NCBI GenBank assembly: GCA_038144595.1
Contig: JAYQOB010000006.1
Span: 68,013 to 132,012, forward strand
Source of the DNA: Candidatus Poseidoniales archaeon
Lineage (GTDB): Archaea > Thermoplasmatota > Poseidoniia > Poseidoniales > Poseidoniaceae
Length of the DNA stretch: 64,000 bases
Direction: 5' to 3'
How positions within the stretch are numbered: position 1 is the stretch's first letter; each line of letters starts with the position of its first letter. A program made the position numbers and the translations under genes. Shown here piece by piece: positions 17,701 to 26,700 of this stretch. The notes beneath the pieces were generated by a model. The model had not been told where the DNA came from and ran no database searches. It saw only the letters and a program-made list of their open reading frames with translations.

Positions 17701-20700
17701 GTGAGCGTTGTTGCCAGCGTTCACCTGCGTGGTGGCGTCAGCCCAGGACATGTTCTCAACACTGCCGGTGGCGTCCACAACGGACAGGGCCGTGGTGGCG
17801 TCAGCGACACCGCCGTCCCAGCGGAACGGCGTGTCTTCAACATACATACCGATGGCACCCGAGGCGTCCATGGGGTAGACCCAGACGTCAGGGCTGCTCT
17901 CGACGTGGAGACCGGTACCGGTGGCACCACCGTCGACGTGAGCGTCGATGGCCACCACGTAGGTGTCCTCAGCGAACACACCGTAGTCGTTTCCAGCGAT
18001 GTAGGCGCCGCCAATCATGAACAGGTCGCCGTTCTCCTTGCTGACACCGGTGGCGTAGCCGCTCACGTCCGTACCGTTGAGGGTCAGGATCGTGTTGGTG
18101 TCGTCGCCGACGATACCGACGGTCGAGGAGAGGTCATCACCGGTCAAGGTGGAACCAACGTCGCTGAAGTCGCAGTCATCGAGAACGATGGCGTTGTCGC
18201 CAAGGTTGATCGTGTTGGCTGCGGACTGGATGGCCACAGAGTCACAGCTCGAAGCGGTGATACCAACGGCGTTCGGGGAGGTTCGTCCCGTCGACAAGCC
18301 GATGGTGTTGCCACTCACGGTTGGACCGGCGTAGCTGCCCGTAGCGCCAGAGGATTCAACCACACTGATGGTGGCTCCACCGTCGCCCCACGAGTCGGCC
18401 ACAGCAAGCGTGTAGTTGCCAGCGTCCGTGTAAGCACGGAGTGGGCTGTACGCAGCGTTGCTGTTGAACGAGTAGGTGGGCCAGGTGTCCTTGGTACCGT
18501 CGGGCTTGGTGATCTCAATGCTGATTTCGTAGCCCCAGCTGTCGGTTTCGAGGTTGACCACAGCGGTCTTGCCGGAGGCAAGGTTCCAGGTACAGCTGGT
18601 CGAGCGTCGGTAGTCGCTGCTGCCAATCGAACAAAGCGAGTTGGTCGGTGCAGGCGGTGCGCCCATGCTGTCAAGGTACATACCACCGTCAGCATCCGTC
18701 AGGGTGTTGTCGGTGATGTTGCCGTAGCCGTCGAAGATGTAGATACCCGTCGAGGTGTCGTCGCTGATACCGCCGATGTCGTTGCCGTCAATCGTGAAGT
18801 CATCCACACGGTTGAGGTAGAAGGCATCGTCGCCGCCAACGACCGTGTTGTCCTGAATCAGGACGTCCTCGGTCTTCCCGTTGTAGATGGCCACTGCGTG
18901 TCCGTTGGACGGGTTGAACTCGTTGTCGGTGATGGTCACGTGCTGTGCTTCGTTCGTGGTGTCGAGCCAAACATCTGCGATTTCACCGCCGTCGTTGAAG
19001 ACGTTGTTGGTGACCGTCAGGTTGTCAACACCGATCTCGTTGGTGTTGTGGCTGTAGTAGTAGGGCGAGCGCTCAGCAAAGACACCAACACCACAGTCAA
19101 CGAAGTTGTTGCTGTCGATGATGTTGCCGTCACCGCCGTTCATGATGATACAGATGTCATTCAGGTTGATGGCGTTGTTCAATGCAGAGTAGCCGTCGTA
19201 GTGGACGAAGGTGCTGTTGGTGATCTTGAAGAAGTCCAACTCGTAGTTGTTGTAGTAGCCGTAGCCCATGGCACCGATGACCGAGGCAACACCGGAAATG
19301 GTGGTGTTGTCCATGTCGATATTGAGCGAGTAGTAGCGGTAGCCGAGGACGAAGCCCTGTGGAGCGCCACTGCTGGACACAGCCACGGTGGTGACCGTAG
19401 CATCGTGCATGTAGAGCGAGGATTCGCCGCTGTAGTACGGGTACATACGGTTGGCGCCGTCGAAGTCGTAGGAAGCGGTGGAGATCCACGTGGAACCGTT
19501 CCAGTTGTGCTTGCCTGAGGCGAGGTACATGAACGGAGCGTCCATCATGACGGTCTCGCCAGCCAAGTCGTTGCCGCTGTGGCTTCGGAGGTAGCCGTAT
19601 TCCACCAGACCGTTGCTGTACGTTCGGCTTCCCGAGGAAGAGAGGCCGCTGGCGCAGCGCTCTTGCTTCACGTAGGAGGTCGAGGTGTAGCAGATACGGG
19701 CGGTGTACTCGTCTTCGAGGTAGACCGTGTCGCTGTTGCCCGAGGCGTCCGTGAGGGACATGGTCTCGAACACGTAGCGGAAGTCAGCTGCGTTGTTGCT
19801 GCTGCCGGACCAGTAGTAGTCAATGGTGGCCGAGGCCACCACTTCGTAGCCGTTCAGGTTGGCCGTACAGACGTTGGCACACGAACCGCTGTCCACCGTT
19901 TGGGTGATGAACGTCAGGTCGTTGGCCACACCGTTCGAATCGGTGTTAACCATACCGGTGACCGTTCCGTCAGCGTCCTTCAGAATGACCGTGGTGCCGG
20001 TCACGTCCTCGGCGGTGCCGGAGACGTTCGCCTGGAGGGTCACATCGAGTTGTCGCAGTCGGTCGAAGATACCGGTTCCGGTGACTTCCACCGTGTTGGT
20101 GTCGATCGTACCTTCGATGAACTCCATGGTGGCGGAACCGGTGATGAGGACATCCTTGGTGTTGGACATGACAACATCGGTCAGCGTGAATGCACCGCTT
20201 CCGTCGGTTTCGATACCAACGGCGTTGTTCTGAATGGTCATACCGCTGAACTCAACGTCGGCCGAAGTACGAGAGGCGTACTTGAAGGCCGCACCGGTTG
20301 AACCGGTGACAGTACCGGAAAGGTCGCCACCGACATCGGTCTGGTAGTAGACACCAGCCACGGCTTGGTTCTCAAGGTCGAGGTTGAGGAGGTCCATTTG
20401 ACCAGAGGCTGTGCTTGACACAAGGACACCGTAGTTGCCGCTCGAGACGTTCAAACGGTCTGCGGAGGCAGAAGTTTGACCGACGATTTCCAAACCGGAT
20501 TGGCTTGCTCCAACGACATCAATGTCCTCAAAGTGGCCAGCAGCAAACGCACCGCCGATTTCGATACCGGTGGTGGCGCCCGTGATGGAGCCTTCCTTGA
20601 AGAGTGGCGTACCAGACTCGCGGAGGTAGGTTCCCAAGTCGCTTGGGTCGTTGCCGGAACGAGCCACGAAGTCGTAGCGGTCCTGGTAGTTGTCAGATCC

Positions 20701-23700
20701 TCGGTGAAGGACATCCATCCAAAGGTAGACCTTGGAGATGTTTCCGCCGTTGGCGACAGCGCCAGAGATGTCCACGATGGGGTAGGTCAGGCGAGCGCCC
20801 TCTCCGCTGTTCATGTAGTAGGTGTAAGCGTAGTCAAGACAGATACCGTAGTTGTTGGGGTAGCCACCGGCAGCGTAGCTTGGTGGGTTACCAACGTTTC
20901 CAGGCTGACCTGGGCCGGTGGAGGGTTGACCGTTGCTACCTTCGGGTGGAGCGTAGGCACCGCCGAAGTAGAAGGACGGGGAGTAGTAGCCCCAGTACTT
21001 GTACGGGTAGCGGGACTGGTAGTTGCCCGTTGGACTGAAGTCGGTGGACTCCCAGCCGAAGCCGAATTCATCAGGTGCTTCGTAGTAGTCAGGATAACTC
21101 ACGGACTGACCGAGCCAGTAGCGGTAGAGGTAGTAGAAGTAGCCCTCCCAAGACTGGTAGTTTGGACCGTAGCTGTAGCCGTAGTAGTTACAGTGCCAGG
21201 ATGGTGCACCACCGGTACCGCCGTTGTAGGAGTGGGTACCTGCGGTGACCGCTGGGTCGTTGCTACCGTAGGGGTAGTAACCCTCTTGGCCGTTGTCGGT
21301 GATGTTCCACTCGTTGCCAGCATCGTCCTCGAACATGATGTTCATTCGGTCGGTGATGAAGTAGTACTTGCTCGTAGCGTAGTTGTAGCTTGGGTGAGCG
21401 TTTCCACCGGCAAAGACCGAGTTGGCACCAACCTGCAGGTAGTCGCCCGTGCCCAAGTAGGTGGACAGGTCGATCTTGTAGGTGGTCCAGCCGGCCGTAG
21501 CGCCAGAGAGGGACGTACTTCGGTAGATGGTTGGCAGCGACATACCGCCGTAGGCGTTGATACCGACGGTGTTGCCCGTGGAGGTGAAGCCGTCCACTTG
21601 AGGAGCACCGTTGTAGCTCTGGATACCGACGGCTGCGTTCTTGACGATGATGTCAGTGAGCGTTGCACCGGAGTTCTCGATCCAAATCGCCGTACCGGTC
21701 TGACCGGTGTTGATGATGCTGGAGGCCTGGATGTTCGCAGAGCCGCCTTGGATCTTGACCGTAGCCATCTCGTCAGCGTTCGCAGAGGCACCGTAGATGT
21801 TCGCGGAGTCCATCATGTTCAACGTTGCGCCGTTGCCGATGTAGAGCGCCGACTCGGTGGTCGTGTCCCAAGCAACGTCTCGGAGGTTGGCGTGGTCGAG
21901 CGTCAGCGTACCGCCATTCTGGATGTCCAAGTGGAGGCCGTAGGTCGAAGAGACCGCACGGATGGCCGCAGGGTTTCCGGAGGTACCATCGTTGTTGGCG
22001 GTCAAGAAACCGCTGTCCTTGATGGTGATGACTGGCGAAGAGGTCGCCGTGCTCTGAACACGCAGCGAACCGCCCTGCAACTCGAAACCACAGGAGTCGA
22101 GCATCAAGTCGGCCGAGACCGTGATGGACGTGTCGTCAAAGGTGAACGTGTTCGTACCGCTGTCGAAGTTTCCACGGAGGTCGTATCCGCCGCTGGAGCT
22201 GGACTGGCCGGTGTAGAACGGGTCGTTGATCAACTTGTAACAGTCGAGCGTTGGGTCGTTGAACACGATGGGCGCTGGCTCCAAGAGGAGGTCCAGGTGC
22301 GTGCCCCACGTGTAGCCGTTGCTGGGGTACCAGGAACTGGCCAGGGTGACATCGGGGTAGTCATCGGGGTAGGTCTCGTTCTGACCGGCCGTACCGAAGG
22401 CTCGGACGACGTGGTCTTCGTAGGCCGTACCGTCGCTGTCTTCCACGACAACCCAAACGCTGGTGTTGCCGTTCACGTCGGTCATGTGGCTGCCGACCTG
22501 GAACAACTCGTTCATGCTGCTGTCGAGGAGCGTGGCCGTGACCACGTGGTCTTGCTTGTACACCTTGGCGGTCGGCGTCTGTCGGTAGACGGAGACGTTG
22601 GCCAGTCCACCGAAGTAGACCAACGACGGGTTGCTGCTGGACGAGGAGACGTCGTAGGCACAGTTGCCCGTGTCGCCGTTCGAGTCCGAACAGTCGTTGC
22701 CGTTGAGGTCAACGTCGATGAGCACAACATCGGTGCCGGTTCGAGCCTTGGCGACTTCCGTCGTGCCCGAGCTGATGCTCGAACTGGTGATGGTCGACTC
22801 ACCCACGGTGATGCGGGAGTTTCGGCCGTCGATGACGTGGTCGGAACTGGAACCGTGTGCAAAGTCAGCGTCTCCGATCGAAATCGTGTTCTTCGCAGAG
22901 GAACTGGAACAGGTGCTCTTGAACGATTCAAGGCTCGGGGCATCCATGATCATGGACCAGCCACAGCCAGCCAGCGTGAAGGCATCGATGTCAAAGTTCG
23001 CCATGTCAACGGTTTCGGAGACGATGGAAGAACCGCTCATCGAGATATCGCCAGCGGTGATGTCCGTGAAGGTACCCGGGTGGATGCGCTGCATCGTGAT
23101 GTCGCCAGCGGTGATGGTGTCAAAGACAGCGTCGCTGCTGGATGGACCGTTGCCGGTCTGGGACCAGCCACCTGGGATGAGCCACAAGTCAGCCGTGCCG
23201 AGGTCAACGTCCATCATGGCGATGCTGCCCATGGCGTTGATACCGGAGTTGGCGTAGCTGTCCACGTCCACGTTGTTGAGGTACACGTTGGAACCCGTGC
23301 CGTACATCGAGTCAATGGCCACACCGGTCTGAGCCGATGGGTTGGTGACGGTCACGTTCGAGACGGTGACGTGCTGCAAGTCAACATCGATGAAGTTCAC
23401 GTAGGAGTTCTCGACGGTCAAGTTCTCAGCGTGCAGAGCACCGGCGGTGGAACCTGGGTAGTTGACGATGGTACCGGCCCACGACTTACCGTCGGTGTTA
23501 CAGTTCTTGATCGTCCCTTCCTTCAGGGTGGCCACGGTGTTCTCTGGGAAGTTGAAACAGGCCTCATCGACGCCGTCAATTTCGAAGTCTTCCATGGTGA
23601 GGACCGTACCTTGGCCGCTGCCGTGTGTGAACACAGCACCGACGTTGGTGAAGGTCACGTCGCTCATCGTGTAGTTTCCGGTGTTACAGTCTGCGGTTGA

Positions 23701-26700
23701 ACTACCACAGGACGGTCCGGAGCTGTCGTGGCGGCTACCGGAGCGGAACACAGCGTCCGACGTATTCATGAAGTTCACGTGGCTAAACTGATGTCGGTCA
23801 TCGGTACCACCTGCGGAGGTACAGTCGTCCGTGAAGGCCATACCCTTCCATTCGCCACCGTTCAAGCCGGTGATGTTGATGGGGTGGGTTTCGTTGGCCA
23901 GGGCCGTCATCTTGGTACAGGCGCCGTCGAAGGAGATTCCCTTGCCAGCGGCCACGTAGATCTGCACACCGGGCTTGATGGTCAAGTCCGAAGAGACCAC
24001 GAGGTAGTCGTTGGTCGGGTTGATGCGGATTGGGCTGTCGGTCAAGTCCCACACTGGGTCGGAGGTGATGTCAGCCGTAACATCCGTACCCTTGCCTTCG
24101 TATGGCATGACACGGTAGTAGACGGAACAGTCCTGGTTGGAGTTCACGTAGCAGTAGTATTGGTTGTATCCGGTCCAGAACGGAGCGATGGTACATGGGT
24201 GAGCCAAGCTGCTTCCCGAGTAGGGAAGGGATGGCTGGTGGTAGGTCCAGAGGCTGCGCTCAACGTTCGTGTTGCCGTTGCTGATGAAGTACATCGAGCC
24301 TTGTCGGCTGAGTTGGATACGGTCGTTGGAGTCGTCACCGTCGTAGGTCGTACCGAAGTATTCGAATTCGAAGCCTGCTGGGATGTCAATGTTCGCGTTG
24401 CAGCGAGCCTTGTACGTGTTCCAGTAGTAGGACGAGATACAGTAGTAGAGGTAGGGGCGACCGTTGGAGGTGCCGGTCAACGCCGTGTCAGCGTTGGTGA
24501 CTTCCACCAGACCCTTGTCGAAGGACTCCCATGCGTGGGAGGACGAGCTGGTCGAGATACGGAAGTTGGACGTGGTTGGCACGTGACCGGGGTTGGTGTT
24601 GAAACTCGTCGAGGAGGAATGCGCAATGCTGGCACCCTTCTGGCGGGTTTGGTCCATGTAGCCGATCGACCAGGAGTTGTAGGTGGTACGGCAGTTGCTG
24701 TCGTACTTGTACTCAATCTCGTTGGTCACGTCGTAGAACAAGGCCTGAACGGTACAGAGTTGACCGTAGGTGTAGTACGACATGTCTCGCCACTCAACGA
24801 CGAACACCTTGTTCGGGTCGCCTCGCTCAAAGGAGTAGGTCGACGAGGTGTTGCTGTTGATGCCGGAGGAAACGGTCGAAACGTCTCGGCTGGAGAAGTA
24901 GTACTCCACCGTGTCGTTCACTTCGAGGTCCTCGATGGCAGCGCTCCACGTACAGGCGGCGAGTTGACACTCGGTACGGGTCTTGCCGGATTCTTGGGAC
25001 ATGGCCGTCGAAACCCAGCTGCCAGCCGAGCCACCGTCGGGGGTGATTCGGTGGTAGAGGGTTGGTCCGACACCAGCAGAGCTGCTCACGTTGAGACCTG
25101 CGGCTGGGTCACCAGCATCGAGGATGGTGACCGAAACCGTTCGGCTCTTGGAGTGAGAGTCCTGCATGGGGCTGTGGATCATCTCTGGCTTGAACGTGTC
25201 AGGCGTAGGTGCGACGTTGCCGACCTTGTAGGTGATGTCGCCGGTGCTGGCTTGGCGACCGTAGTAGCCAGTGCCAAGGGCGAACCCGCTCCAGCGGTAG
25301 GAGGAGGTCGAACCGTACACCATGTAGTAAGCCGAGGTACAGCGGTCGTAGGAGGTTGCTCGGTAGAAGTAGTACCATCCGTTCGTGGTGACACACAAAC
25401 GGTTGGCCGTCGTCGAACTGGCGGTTGCGTTGAACGAGAACGTACCGAAGGAACCGGTGATGTCGCCGGGGATGGCGAACTTGTAGGCTTGCGAGAAACC
25501 GTAGGACACCGAGGCCGTGGCTTGGCTGCCGCCGGTCAACGGGGTGTCAATGCCGGTTTCGGTGTCAACACCGACGGTGGCCCACTTGTTCAGCTGGCTG
25601 TTGTACACGAAGATGATGTTCATGCCTGGGCCGTCCTTGGCAGCGATCTGCAGGAAGCCGTCGCCGTTGTTGTTCCAGAGGTTCTGGTTGAACTTGTTGG
25701 AACCGCTGTTCATGCCGTAGTAGCCGGTGGCGGGTGCGGTGCTTCCACGGGCGAGCCAGTTACCGTAGAAGGTGCTGGTGCCGGTGTAGAAACAGGACTG
25801 CGAACCCGTGCCACAGTTCGAGGTGTCGAACTCAAAGAAGTACTCATCGGAGTGGCTGTAGTAAGTCAGTTGGCGGTCCATGAAGCCCTGAGGCGTGTAG
25901 TAGCTGCCTGCGTGGACGTCCGTGGTCAACACGGTCATCTTCTTGTGCGAGGTTGGTGCGTTGGCTGGGTCAACGATGTCAACCTGGTAAGGCGTAGGCG
26001 TGGTTTGCGTACCGGTCAAGGCAGGCTCGTAGCCGACGTTGGCGCCGTTGCTGCCCTGGTTCAAGTCTTGGAACTTCCAGTAGTACTGGAAATCGTCGCC
26101 GTAGGACAGGTCGTCCACACGGGCCTTGAAGCGGCAGTCGGTGGCGGTGCTGGAACAGGTGCCAATGGACACGAGTTCACCAGCGTCGAACTGGTTGTTG
26201 GAGCCCAGTCCGTAGGTGGTGGTGCTCCAGGAGGATCCACCGTCGGTGGAGTAGTAGAGCACAGGTGCACCGCTGGACGTCGTGTCGATACCCGACATGT
26301 CGGTCAGCTTGATGAAGAGCGTTCGCTCACCTTCGATGTACGAATCAATTCCCGTGTAGGGGACAAAGTCCGAGGTTGGGGCATCGGCGTCCGTACCACC
26401 AGAGTAGGTGATGAGGAGGTGAGAGTTGCGGCTGCCAGAGGCGTAGGCGTACGTGTAGAAGTACGCACTGCCACCGGTGTAGTGCTCACCAACACCGACC
26501 GTGCCCGAGTTGCTCAGGGCGTTGGTGATGATGGAGACACCACCGGAGGTGGCGCCACAAGCGGTGGCGGAGTTACAGAGCGTAACGGTCTTCCAACCGG
26601 TACCGCTGCTGCTGACCGTGGCTGCGGATGGCGAGCGACCAATCGAGGCTTTGAGGCTTCGAGAGGCGGTACCACCGTAGTTTGAGGTCAGGTAGGAACC